A stretch of DNA of 51,246 nucleotides from Eubacteriales bacterium (GTDB taxonomy: Bacteria; Bacillota; Clostridia; Oscillospirales; CAG-272), in contig JAZOUQ010000145.1 of assembly GCA_045658185.1 (NCBI GenBank), positions 1 to 51,246 on the forward strand. The letters are read 5' to 3'. How positions within the stretch are numbered: the first letter of the stretch is position 1; every line of letters begins with the position of its first letter. The notes below the pieces were generated by a model. It was given only the letters and a program-made list of their open reading frames with translations, searched no databases and was not told the DNA's origin. This document shows positions 26,468-36,381 of this stretch, piece by piece. Position numbers and translations under genes: made by a program.

Positions 26468-26866
26468 ATGGAAAACAAGGATATTTTTGCACTTGCCACC
26501 AAGCTTGGCAATGCACTTAAGGCTGACGACAGACTTGTACGTCTTGAAAATGCAAAAAACGCATATAAAGAGGACGGCGAGCTTCAAAAGATGATGGTTG
26601 AATATGAGGTTCAGCAGAGAGCTCTTCAGGGTGAGATCACTAAACCCGAAAGAGATACCGTTTTCATAGACATCATTCAAAAGAGAATTGACGATTTATA
26701 TAAAGCAATTATGGAACACCCCGTGTTTGCAGAGCTTAACGAAGCACAGGCAGATGTTAACGAACTTATGAACTCTGTAAATAACACTATAAGCTTTGTA
26801 ATAACCGGCGAACAGCCTTCCTGTACGCACGATTGCTCTACCTGCGGAGGAGCTTGCGGTCATTGA
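26468..26866 (+). CDS. YlbF/YmcA-family protein with a Cys-rich tail
   Basis: A helical 132-aa protein in the miaB-ymcA-mutS-mutL position known from B. subtilis. The tail reads CTHDCSTCGGACGH. Confidence 0.75.
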   Translation: MENKDIFALATKLGNALKADDRLVRLENAKNAYKEDGELQKMMVEYEVQQRALQGEITKPERDTVFIDIIQKRIDDLYKAIMEHPVFAELNEAQADVNELMNSVNNTISFVITGEQPSCTHDCSTCGGACGH

Positions 26867-26903
26867 CCGAATGTTTAATTTTTAGAATGCGGAGGGCTCA
26901 GAA

Positions 26904-29492
26904 ATGACGCCAATGATGCAACAGTATTTTGAGATAAAAAATCAATATAAGGATTATCTTCTTTTTTACCGTCTTGGGGACTTTTACGAGATGTTTTTTG
27001 ACGATGCAATTCTTGCATCAAGAGAGCTTGAGTTAACTCTCACGGGAAGAGATTGCGGTGAAGCGGAAAGAGCACCTATGTGCGGTGTTCCGTATCATTC
27101 GTCGGAAAACTATATTTCACGACTTATAGAAAAAGGCTACAAGATAGCTATATGTGAGCAAACGGAAGACCCTGCACAAGCAAAAGGTCTTGTTAAAAGA
27201 GAGGTTATCCGTGTAGTTACCCCGGGAACACTTATTGAAACCAATTTGCTTACAGACACAAAAAACAACTATCTTTGCTCGGTATATATGAGTGAATTTG
27301 AGTGTGGAGTGGCGTTTGCAGACGTATCTACGGCACAGATATTCGCAACCTCGTTTTGCGGAGATTCTATAGAAACAAGGTTGAGAAATGAGCTTGGAAC
27401 GTATGTACCAAGTGAGGTTATTACCAATTTGTCCCAGAAGAAGCTTGGCGAAACGGCAGAGTTCATAACGGGACGTATAGGTGCTATGCTTACGGATAAC
27501 CGTCCGTCCCAATTCGAATTTGAACCCTCGCTTGACGCAGTTAGAGTACAATTTGAAGAGGATATTCGCGACGGCATAGAAAACAACAAGGCTCTTGTTT
27601 GTGCTTTGGGTGGATTGCTGTCGTACATTGCCGAAACCCAGAAAAAGGACATTTCTTATATCAAGGATCTGAACGTATATTCAGACGGTCAATATATGGA
27701 AATGGACATAAATACTCGAAGAAACCTTGAGCTTATCGAAACCCTCAGAACAAAAGAGAAAAAAGGGTCACTTTTGTGGGCATTGGATAAAACAAGAACA
27801 GCGGCGGGAGCAAGACTTCTCAGGCATTGGGTAGAGCATCCTCTTTTGAACGTTGGAGATATAACCTCAAGACAAAACGCCGTAGAAGAGCTTCACGGGT
27901 CTTACATTTTGCGTGAGGAGATCGGCTCATTGCTCGATAGTGTGCTTGACCTCGAAAGACTGATAACAAAGATAGTATACGGTACGGCAAACGGTAAGGA
28001 TCTTCGTGCCGTATGTTCTACTATATCCATACTTCCCGAGCTTAAAAAACTTATATCCGAATGTCACTCTGACGAGCTTTCAAAGATGAATAGAGAGCTT
28101 GAAACCTTAGAGGATATATATACTAAAATATCCACGGCAATATCTGAAGAACCTCCGTTTACGGTCAGAGAAGGCGGCATTATTCGCGACGGATATAACT
28201 CCGAGGTGGACGAGCTTCGTGAGATAATGACTAACGGTAAGGGTTATATCGAGAAGATCGCCGAGGAGGAAAGACAAAAGACTGATATTAAAACCCTGAA
28301 AATTGGTTTTAATAATGTCTTTGGATATTATATAGAAGTTACAAAATCCTTTATGGACAAGGTCCCCGAAAGATACATACGAAAGCAAACACTTGCAAAC
28401 TGCGAGAGATATATAACGCAGGAGTTGAAAAATATGGAGTCAACCATATTGGGTGCGAAGGATAAGCTTTGTGCGATTGAGTATGAGCTGTTCTGTGGTG
28501 TGAGAAATTATGTGTCTGAGAACAGTCACCGTGTCCAAAAGGTTGCAGCCATCATGGCTCAGCTTGACGTATATTACAGCCTTGCCACTGTGGCGGCGAA
28601 GAACGATTACGTTCGCCCTGAGGTCAACAGCTTGGAGGGTATATACATAAAAGACGGAAGACACCCTGTGGTGGAGCAATTCGTTAAGGATACTTATTTC
28701 GTTCCCAACGATGCAAATCTGGACACGGGTGCAAATAGGCTAATGCTTATTACAGGTCCTAATATGGCGGGGAAATCCACGTATATGCGTCAGGTAGCCA
28801 TAATAACCCTTATGGCACAAATAGGCTCTTTTGTTCCCGCAAAGGAAGCTACAGTAGGTATCGTTGATAAGCTTTTCACTCGAGTGGGGGCATCGGACGA
28901 CCTTGCTTCGGGACAGTCTACCTTTATGCTTGAAATGAACGAGGTGGCTTACATACTTCGTAACGCAACGAGAAAGAGTCTTATTATTTACGACGAGGTT
29001 GGAAGAGGAACGTCCACCTTTGACGGAATGAGTATAGCAAGAGCTATTATCGAGTATACCTGTAGCAGAAAAATCGGTGCAAAGACATTGTTTGCAACTC
29101 ACTATCACGAGCTAACTGTTATGGAAAACGAGATAGAGGGTGTAGTAAACTATAACATTGCTGCTAAAAAAAGAGGGGATACGATCACCTTCCTTCGTAA
29201 AATAGTAAGAGGCTCTACCGACGATAGCTACGGTATTGAGGTAGCAAAACTGGCAGGAATACCCAATGAGGTTATCAAACGTGCAAAGGAAGTGCTTGTT
29301 TCGGTTGAAAAGACAGCTCGGGCGTTAAGCACGTCAGAAGAGATTGCAGAGAAACATGATGACGGACTTATAAGCATTGACGATTGCATAAATGACCAGG
29401 TAATAGCAGAATTGAAGGCTGTGGATATAAACACGCTTTCACCGTATGAAGCTATGAGCTTTTTGTTTGATTTAAAGAAAAGATTAAAGTAA
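26904..29492 (+). CDS. mutS: DNA mismatch repair protein MutS
   Basis: MTPMMQQYFEIK...GDFYE mismatch-binding domain, Walker A GPNMAGKSTYMRQ, and DEVGRGTSTFDG. Confidence 0.97.
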   Translation: MTPMMQQYFEIKNQYKDYLLFYRLGDFYEMFFDDAILASRELELTLTGRDCGEAERAPMCGVPYHSSENYISRLIEKGYKIAICEQTEDPAQAKGLVKREVIRVVTPGTLIETNLLTDTKNNYLCSVYMSEFECGVAFADVSTAQIFATSFCGDSIETRLRNELGTYVPSEVITNLSQKKLGETAEFITGRIGAMLTDNRPSQFEFEPSLDAVRVQFEEDIRDGIENNKALVCALGGLLSYIAETQKKDISYIKDLNVYSDGQYMEMDINTRRNLELIETLRTKEKKGSLLWALDKTRTAAGARLLRHWVEHPLLNVGDITSRQNAVEELHGSYILREEIGSLLDSVLDLERLITKIVYGTANGKDLRAVCSTISILPELKKLISECHSDELSKMNRELETLEDIYTKISTAISEEPPFTVREGGIIRDGYNSEVDELREIMTNGKGYIEKIAEEERQKTDIKTLKIGFNNVFGYYIEVTKSFMDKVPERYIRKQTLANCERYITQELKNMESTILGAKDKLCAIEYELFCGVRNYVSENSHRVQKVAAIMAQLDVYYSLATVAAKNDYVRPEVNSLEGIYIKDGRHPVVEQFVKDTYFVPNDANLDTGANRLMLITGPNMAGKSTYMRQVAIITLMAQIGSFVPAKEATVGIVDKLFTRVGASDDLASGQSTFMLEMNEVAYILRNATRKSLIIYDEVGRGTSTFDGMSIARAIIEYTCSRKIGAKTLFATHYHELTVMENEIEGVVNYNIAAKKRGDTITFLRKIVRGSTDDSYGIEVAKLAGIPNEVIKRAKEVLVSVEKTARALSTSEEIAEKHDDGLISIDDCINDQVIAELKAVDINTLSPYEAMSFLFDLKKRLK

Positions 29493-29511
29493 TCGGAAAG
29501 GGGGATATACC

Positions 29512-31482
29512 GTGGGAAAAATAAACGTACTTTCATTTGCCGTAGCAAACCTTATTGCGGCGGGCGAGGTAGTAGACAGACCCTCGTCGGTTATAAAGGA
29601 ATTGCTTGAGAATGCAATTGATTCGGAAGCTAATAAGATAACCGTTGAGATACAGAACGGCGGCGTTACGTATATGCGAGTAACTGATAACGGTTGCGGT
29701 ATTTCTCCCGACGACCTTCCCGTGGCAATAAGACGCCACGCAACCAGTAAAATAAAAGACGCAAACGATCTGGATTCTATACTAACCTTGGGATTCAGAG
29801 GAGAGGCGTTGGCGGCAATAGCATCTGTGTCCGATATGAGAATAATATCAAAAACGGCAGATGCGACCACCGGCTCTATGCTTTCGGCAAGCGGAGGAAA
29901 CATAATCGGAGTAACCGATCGTCCTGCCGCTGACGGTACGACGGTTATAGTGGAAAATCTTTTTGCCAACGTTCCCGCAAGACGGAAATTTTTGAAAAAG
30001 GATATTACAGAATCACTTGCGGTCAGTGCAATGGTGGAAAAGATCGCACTTTCCAGACCTGATATTGCTTTTAAGCTTATAGTTGACGGTAACGAAAAGA
30101 TTCAAACTGTTGGTGATGGACAGTTGAAAAACGCCATTTACTGTATCTTCGGCAGAGAATTTGCATCAAAGCTTATCGAAACAAAGATAGAGATCGACGG
30201 TGTAAAGGTCAGCGGATACGTTGGACGCCCCGATAACGTAAAAGCAAACAGAAATTATCAGAATTTCTTCATTAACGGAAGATACGTAAAGACTAAAACC
30301 GCACTTGCCGCTATCGAACAGGCATATACGTCTTATATTTCGTCGGATAAGTTCCCGTGCTGTGTTTTGTTTATAGATATTAATCCAAACACGGTTGACG
30401 TGAATGTTCATCCCGCAAAGCTTGAGGTTAAATTCTCTAATGAAAGACCTGTTTTTGAGGCAATATTTTATGCCGCAAGAAATGCGTTGGAAAGCGACAC
30501 GGCACGTCCTGAGATCAGGCTGTCTGCTCCTACACGCTCCGCAGCTTCTCAAAGCATCGGAAGGCGTGTTTCGGATATGACCGTTCCTATTGAAGACGGT
30601 CCTAAAGAATCATTGAAAAAGCGTCAGATAGAAAGTGAGCTTTACATAAGCAAAGATAAGCCTCAAAATACCTTTGTGCATATTACGGCAGAGCAATATC
30701 TTTCGGAATATATGAAGGACAAAGCGGACACTTGGCAAAACAGCACCGTTCCTTCTGTTTCAGCAGAGAATACCGCTGAGCAGGATAATAAGCAAGAAAA
30801 AAAGGAAGACGCAAAAATCCTTATTGAAAGTTCCCCCGAGGACATTCCCGCTACATCTTCTGACAATCATGCGGCAAAAACAGAAAAGACAGTAAAAAAA
30901 TTATTTTACCGTATTATAGGAGAAGCTTTTAATTCATACGTTATCGTCGAGAGAGAGGACAAGCTTTTACTTATAGACAAACACGCCGCACACGAAAGAA
31001 TAATCTTCGAACAGCTAAAAGCACAAATGCTTTCCCAGGACGTGGGTGGATCACAGCTTTTGATGTTGCCTATTGAGGTAATGATGACAAGCGAAGAGAT
31101 ACAAACGCTTTGCGAATATAAAAAAGAAATAGAGGCAGTAGGCTTTGAATTTAGTGCGGGAAGATATACGGCAAACGTTACGGCAATTCCCGAGGGAGTA
31201 CAGGCTGACGCGGTTGGAGATATGCTTACCGTAATGGCTGACAGATTGAAAAACAACACGGGAACGGTAAGGCTTACCCGTGACCTGATATTTGAAAAGG
31301 CACTGTATCAGGCTTCATGTAAGGCTGCTATAAAAGCGGGAAGAGAATATCCCAAAGAATACGTAGAATGGCTTATTGATAAGCTAATGGAGCTTCCTGA
31401 CATAACAGTATGTCCTCACGGACGTCCGGTAGCAATGGAGCTTACAAAGAAAAAACTGGATTATCAGTTCGAGAGGAGTTAA
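29512..31482 (+). CDS. mutL: DNA mismatch repair protein MutL
   Basis: GTG start after GGGGGA. GHKL ATPase motifs are present (IAAGEVVDRPSSVIKELLENAIDS, DNGCGI, GFRGEAL). Confidence 0.97.
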   Translation: MGKINVLSFAVANLIAAGEVVDRPSSVIKELLENAIDSEANKITVEIQNGGVTYMRVTDNGCGISPDDLPVAIRRHATSKIKDANDLDSILTLGFRGEALAAIASVSDMRIISKTADATTGSMLSASGGNIIGVTDRPAADGTTVIVENLFANVPARRKFLKKDITESLAVSAMVEKIALSRPDIAFKLIVDGNEKIQTVGDGQLKNAIYCIFGREFASKLIETKIEIDGVKVSGYVGRPDNVKANRNYQNFFINGRYVKTKTALAAIEQAYTSYISSDKFPCCVLFIDINPNTVDVNVHPAKLEVKFSNERPVFEAIFYAARNALESDTARPEIRLSAPTRSAASQSIGRRVSDMTVPIEDGPKESLKKRQIESELYISKDKPQNTFVHITAEQYLSEYMKDKADTWQNSTVPSVSAENTAEQDNKQEKKEDAKILIESSPEDIPATSSDNHAAKTEKTVKKLFYRIIGEAFNSYVIVEREDKLLLIDKHAAHERIIFEQLKAQMLSQDVGGSQLLMLPIEVMMTSEEIQTLCEYKKEIEAVGFEFSAGRYTANVTAIPEGVQADAVGDMLTVMADRLKNNTGTVRLTRDLIFEKALYQASCKAAIKAGREYPKEYVEWLIDKLMELPDITVCPHGRPVAMELTKKKLDYQFERS

Positions 31483-31483
31483 A

Positions 31484-32629
31484 ATGGAAAAGAAATTTGA
31501 AATTATTGCAACGGACGGCCGTGCAAGACGCGGTGTTCTTCACACAGTCCACGGCGATATACAGACACCCGTATTTATGAACGTAGGAACGTGTGCCGCG
31601 ATAAAAGGCGGTGTGTCATCAAGAGAGCTTATTGACCTTGACTGTCAGGTAGAGCTTTCAAACACATACCATCTTCACATACGTCCTGGAGATAAGCTTA
31701 TATATGAAATGGGCGGTCTTCACAAATTTATGAATTGGGAAAGACCTATTCTTACCGATAGCGGTGGATTTCAGGTATTTTCTCTTTCTTCCTTGCGTAA
31801 AATAACCGAGGAAGGTGTTAAGTTTGCATCTCACGTTGACGGAAAACGTATTTTTATGGGACCTGAGGAGAGTATGCAGATACAGTCCAATCTTGCGTCT
31901 ACCATAGCTATGGCTTTTGACGAATGTATTGAAAATCCCGCACCCTACAAATATGTTAAGGAATCTTGCGACAGAACGGTAAGATGGCTTGTCAGATGTA
32001 AGACCGAGCTTGACAGACTGAATTCGCTGCCTGAAACCATAAATAAAAATCAGATGCTTTTCGGTATAAATCAAGGAGGAACTTACGAGGATCTTCGTAT
32101 AGAGCATATGCAAAAAATTGCAGAGCTTGACCTTGACGGATATGCTATAGGCGGACTTGCCGTAGGTGAGGCTACTGAGGATATGTACAGAATAATCGAC
32201 GCAGTTGAGCCTCATATGCCAAAGGATAAGCCTCGCTATCTTATGGGAGTGGGAACACCTTGCAATATTCTTGAAGCCGTGCATATGGGCGTAGATTTCT
32301 TTGATTGCGTAATGCCAAGCAGAAATGCCCGTCACGGAAATCTGTTTACTTGGCATGGAAAAATGAATCTTCTTAATGAGAAATACGCGAAGGACCCCAG
32401 ACCCTTTGATGAAAATTGCGGTTGTCCCGCGTGCAGAAACTACAGTCGCTCATATATTCGTCACCTTATTAAAGCAAAGGAATCGCTTGGAATGCGACTT
32501 GCAGTTGCTCACAATCTTTATTTTTATAATAATCTTACTAGAAAAATAAGAGAAGCGTTGGAAGGCGGATACTTTGAGAGCTTCTATCAAAAATACAGAA
32601 ACATTCTTGGCGAGAGGAGTCAGGATTAA
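31484..32629 (+). CDS. tgt: queuine tRNA-ribosyltransferase
   Basis: ARRGVLHTVHGDIQTPVFMNVGT...LTDSGGFQV...GGLAVGE...and a Zn site CGCPACRNYSRSYIRHL. Confidence 0.97.
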   Translation: MEKKFEIIATDGRARRGVLHTVHGDIQTPVFMNVGTCAAIKGGVSSRELIDLDCQVELSNTYHLHIRPGDKLIYEMGGLHKFMNWERPILTDSGGFQVFSLSSLRKITEEGVKFASHVDGKRIFMGPEESMQIQSNLASTIAMAFDECIENPAPYKYVKESCDRTVRWLVRCKTELDRLNSLPETINKNQMLFGINQGGTYEDLRIEHMQKIAELDLDGYAIGGLAVGEATEDMYRIIDAVEPHMPKDKPRYLMGVGTPCNILEAVHMGVDFFDCVMPSRNARHGNLFTWHGKMNLLNEKYAKDPRPFDENCGCPACRNYSRSYIRHLIKAKESLGMRLAVAHNLYFYNNLTRKIREALEGGYFESFYQKYRNILGERSQD

Positions 32630-34008
32630 TGATAAATCAGCAAATACTTGAAGAGGTTTTGTCCGTTGCTATGTCTACGGGCGGTGACTTTGCAGAGGTC
32701 TATGCGGAAAATACAAAATACAATACCATTCAGCTTGTTGACGGAAAGATCGACAGAGTTGTGGACAACACCGTTTCGGGTGTGGGAATACGTGTATTTT
32801 TAGGCGAAAAGACGGTTTATGCAACGACCACAGATCTTACGAGAAACGGTCTTGTTGCTTGTGCCGCAAACGCGGCACAGATAATGGGAGAGTTGAAGAA
32901 AAATATAAGTGTAAACCTATCTCCCACGGCGGTGAAAAATAACCATCTCGTAAAAATAAACCCCACGACTGCTGATATGAAATACCGCACGGACGTTCTC
33001 AAGTCTGCGTGCTTTGCCGCAAAAGAATATAGCGACAAGATAAGCCAGGTTCAAGGAACGCTCCTCGGTGTTGACCACGCTATCCTTGTTGCCAACAACG
33101 AAGGACTGCTCAAAGAGGACAAACACGTCCGTACTCGTATTATAGTAAATTCCATCGCATCGGAAAACGGTGAAAATCAATCGGGAAGCTGTGCACCCGG
33201 ACGCGGTATGGGAATGGAGCTGTTTGACATTTTTGATCCCAAAGAGGTGGGAATCAAGGCATCTAAACAAGCTCTCGTTAATTTGAGTGCAGGATATTGC
33301 CCCGCAGGTCAAATGACGGTAGCAATAGAAAACGGCTTTGGCGGTGTTATATTCCACGAAGCGTGCGGACACTCCCTTGAAGCAACTCAGGTAGGTGTTG
33401 GAACATCTGAAATGTGCGGAAAGCTCGGTCAACAGATTGCAAATGAAAAGGTTACTGCCATTGACGACGGAACGATTGTCGGTGGCTGGGGCTCGGGTAA
33501 TATTGACGACGAGGGAAATCCTACGCAGAGAAATGTTCTTATTGAGAACGGAATTTTGAAAAGCTATATGGTTGACAGACTCGGCTCACGCAGAATGGGT
33601 ATGCCTATGACGGGAAATAGCCGTCGTGAGGGGTATTCCTATGAGCCTACCTCGCGTATGACCAATACCTTTATTGATAACGGTCCTGATAAAAACGAGG
33701 ATATTATCGCCTCTATCGAATATGGCCTTTATGCTAAAGAAATGGGTGGCGGCTCTGTAAATCCGCTTACCGGGGCATTTAATTTCTCGGTAAGAGAAGG
33801 ATATATTGTAAGAAACGGAAAGATATGCGAGCCTGTCAGAGGTGCATCGCTTATCGGAACGGGATCACGCATACTTCAGGATATTGATATGGTAGGACAA
33901 AATCTTGCTACGGGGCAGGGAATGTGCGGTTCTGCAAGCGGAAATGTTCCTACGGACGTGGGACAGCCCTTGATAAGAGTTAAGAAAATAACGGTAGGAG
34001 GTCGTTGA
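32629..34008 (+). CDS. tldD: TldD-family metalloprotease
   Basis: The ATG overlaps the tgt TAA (TAATG). HEACGH (HExxxH) and the GxC motif region are present. Length is 459 aa. Confidence 0.93.
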   Translation: MINQQILEEVLSVAMSTGGDFAEVYAENTKYNTIQLVDGKIDRVVDNTVSGVGIRVFLGEKTVYATTTDLTRNGLVACAANAAQIMGELKKNISVNLSPTAVKNNHLVKINPTTADMKYRTDVLKSACFAAKEYSDKISQVQGTLLGVDHAILVANNEGLLKEDKHVRTRIIVNSIASENGENQSGSCAPGRGMGMELFDIFDPKEVGIKASKQALVNLSAGYCPAGQMTVAIENGFGGVIFHEACGHSLEATQVGVGTSEMCGKLGQQIANEKVTAIDDGTIVGGWGSGNIDDEGNPTQRNVLIENGILKSYMVDRLGSRRMGMPMTGNSRREGYSYEPTSRMTNTFIDNGPDKNEDIIASIEYGLYAKEMGGGSVNPLTGAFNFSVREGYIVRNGKICEPVRGASLIGTGSRILQDIDMVGQNLATGQGMCGSASGNVPTDVGQPLIRVKKITVGGR

Positions 34009-34013
34009 GCAGT

Positions 34014-35351
34014 ATGAATTTTGAAAATGCAAGAACACTCCTTGAAAACGAGGCAAAAAGACTTGGTATAGAGCAATATGAAATATACTATACTTCGTCT
34101 GAAAGCCTTAATACTGAAACGCTTAAGAATGAAATATCATCCTTTTCAAGCGGTTGTAGTGCGGGAATAAGCTTTCGCTGTGTGGTTGACGGACATACGG
34201 GAAATGCCGCTACCGAATTATTTGAAGAAGCAGAACTAAAATCACTTGTCAGCAGAGCATATGAAAATGCAAAGGTCATAGAAAATGACGAGCCTGCAAT
34301 AATCTTCGAAGGTTCGGAAAAATACGAAAGCATCGATGATACAGTAACATCGATGCCAACCACGACAGAAATAAAGCAGATAGCTCTTTCGTTGCAAGAA
34401 AAAACGTATGCTCAAAGCGAATTTGTAACAGATGGAACACAATCAGGCGTTTTTGCGGATACAAGCGTATACGAACTTGTCAATTCAAAGGGACTAAGAC
34501 TCTCAAATAAAGTGTGCTGTTCAGGTGCGTACGTTCAGGCGGTGGTTAACTGCGACGGAGAGGCATCTGACGGTTTTGAATATGCTTTAGGCTTTGAAAA
34601 TGCTGAAAAGCTTTCTGAAAAAGCAGTGGCAACCTCAATATCTAAATTGGGGGCGGGAAGTGTTAAATCGGGAAAATATCCCATAATAATAGACGGTCGA
34701 CAAATGAGAGCTTTGCTTTCTACCTATTGCTCCGTATTTTCGGGAAAAAAGGCATTGCAAGGACTTTCGCTGCTTTCAGGCAAAGAGGGAGAAAAGATAG
34801 CCGCTGATTGCGTTACGTTGGTTGACGATCCGCAACACAAGGACTGCCCTGTAAAGACCGCATTCGACGGCGAAGGAGTTGCAACATTTAAGAAAAACGT
34901 TATAGAAAACGGAACGCTCAAAACACTTCTTTATGACCTTGCAACAGCACACAGAGTAGGGGTTAATACAACCGCCAACGGTCAGAGAGGAAGCTATGCT
35001 CAACAGGTAGGTATTGCTCCGTTTTGTTTCTACATTCAGCAAGGAGAGCTTTCCGAGGAAGAGCTTTTTGAAAAGATGGGAGATGGCCTTTACGTCACCG
35101 AGCTTAAGGGACTTCATGCAGGTGCGAATGCCGTAACGGGAGATTTTTCCATTGAAAGTGCTGGTTTTCTTGTCAAGGACGGTAAGATCGCAGGTGCGGT
35201 GAAAGGCTTTACCGTGGCAGGAAATTTCTTTGACTTGCTAAAGGATATTGATGCTATTTCGAACACCGTAAAATTTGGCTTACCCTCAGGCTTTACAATG
35301 TTCGGTTCACCTAACGTATTGCTTAAGCCAATGAGCGTTGCAGGTGAATAA
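34014..35351 (+). CDS. pmbA: PmbA/TldE-family protein
   Basis: It pairs with tldD, has the same fold family and lacks HExxxH. I prefer ATG 34014 over the track's TTG 34005. Confidence 0.9.
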   Translation: MNFENARTLLENEAKRLGIEQYEIYYTSSESLNTETLKNEISSFSSGCSAGISFRCVVDGHTGNAATELFEEAELKSLVSRAYENAKVIENDEPAIIFEGSEKYESIDDTVTSMPTTTEIKQIALSLQEKTYAQSEFVTDGTQSGVFADTSVYELVNSKGLRLSNKVCCSGAYVQAVVNCDGEASDGFEYALGFENAEKLSEKAVATSISKLGAGSVKSGKYPIIIDGRQMRALLSTYCSVFSGKKALQGLSLLSGKEGEKIAADCVTLVDDPQHKDCPVKTAFDGEGVATFKKNVIENGTLKTLLYDLATAHRVGVNTTANGQRGSYAQQVGIAPFCFYIQQGELSEEELFEKMGDGLYVTELKGLHAGANAVTGDFSIESAGFLVKDGKIAGAVKGFTVAGNFFDLLKDIDAISNTVKFGLPSGFTMFGSPNVLLKPMSVAGE

Positions 35352-35354
35352 ACG

Positions 35355-35395
35355 AAAAAAAAGAACACTCCAAAATTTTGGAGTGTTCTTTTTAT
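35355..35395. terminator. bidirectional rho-independent terminator (pmbA / yajC)
   Basis: GAACACTCCA (35363-35372) / TGGAGTGTTC (35379-35388), flanked by an A-run and a T-run. Confidence 0.85.
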
Positions 35396-35679
35396 TAGTC
35401 CTGTGCGTCCTCTGCGTGAACGTCAACACATCTCACTGCAGAACGCAGGAATCTGATCTTTGTACGATCATGGCTTGTTTCAATAGTGATAGTTTCATCC
35501 TTAATGCTGACTATCTTTCCTATAATGCCTCCAATGGTTGTTATTTCATCTCCAACCTGAAGACCGTTTCTCATATCGGCAACCTCTTTTTCCTGCTTCT
35601 TTTGAGATCTTCTCATAAAAAACATCATACCGATGATAAGAGCAATCATTAAAAATGTGGTAACCAAGCTTCCGCCCAT
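35395..35679 (-). CDS. yajC: preprotein translocase subunit YajC
   Basis: An N-terminal TM segment is followed by RRSQKKQEKEVADMRNGLQVGDEITTIGGIIGKIVSI, the YajC signature. Confidence 0.9.
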   Translation of the reverse strand: MGGSLVTTFLMIALIIGMMFFMRRSQKKQEKEVADMRNGLQVGDEITTIGGIIGKIVSIKDETITIETSHDRTKIRFLRSAVRCVDVHAEDAQD

Positions 35680-35797
35680 AATACACCTCCATAAAACAAT
35701 TTGATTTATTATATCATATATTTGTGATTATTGCAATTAAAGATTTGTGAATAATTTGTTTATAATTTGCCATAATCAAATTAAATTGACAAAAGTG

Positions 35798-35826
35798 TTG
35801 AAATTTACCTTATATTGTGATATAAT
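35798..35826 (+). promoter_or_regulatory. sigma-A-type promoter for rimM-trmD
   Basis: TTGAAA (35798-35803), 17-nt spacer, TATAAT (35821-35826), with an extended -10 TG. Confidence 0.55.
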
Positions 35827-35861
35827 ATTATAATAAATATTTGTTTTTTTCGGAGGTCGCA

Positions 35862-36371
35862 ATGGCTGAACGTAAATATATTGAATGCGGAAAAATAATT
35901 AATACTCACGGCTGTCACGGCGGAGTGAAAATAGAATCATGGTGTAACACTCCTTACGATCTTGCCGAGCTTAAGCGTATTTTCGTGATTGAAAATGGTA
36001 ATTACCGTCAGATAAAGGTTAAAAAGGCGTCTGTTTTCAAGCAGTTTGTTATTGCTGACCTTGATGGGGTATCGGACATGGATACTGCGATGGCTATGAA
36101 AAATACCGTACTGTATGCAGCAAGAGAGGATTTCTCCCTTGAAGAAGGCGAGTATTTCATTGCGGATATGATAGGTATTAACGTTATAGATGCAGACAAC
36201 GGAAACGTGTGCGGCAAGGTTACGGATATTATCAACAGAGGTGCTTCGGATATTTACGTGGTTGAAACACCCAACGGTGAAAGAATGATTCCTGCTGTTG
36301 ACGAATTTATTATAAAAGCAGATATTAACGAGGGAATATTCGTAAAACTTATCCCCGGATTATTGGATTGA
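35862..36371 (+). CDS. rimM: 16S rRNA processing protein RimM
   Basis: ATG after GGAGG (35852-35856). The sequence IECGKIINTHGCHGGVKIESW and a PRC-barrel C-terminus are present. Confidence 0.9.
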   Translation: MAERKYIECGKIINTHGCHGGVKIESWCNTPYDLAELKRIFVIENGNYRQIKVKKASVFKQFVIADLDGVSDMDTAMAMKNTVLYAAREDFSLEEGEYFIADMIGINVIDADNGNVCGKVTDIINRGASDIYVVETPNGERMIPAVDEFIIKADINEGIFVKLIPGLLD

Positions 36372-36381
36372 GGATGTTGGT

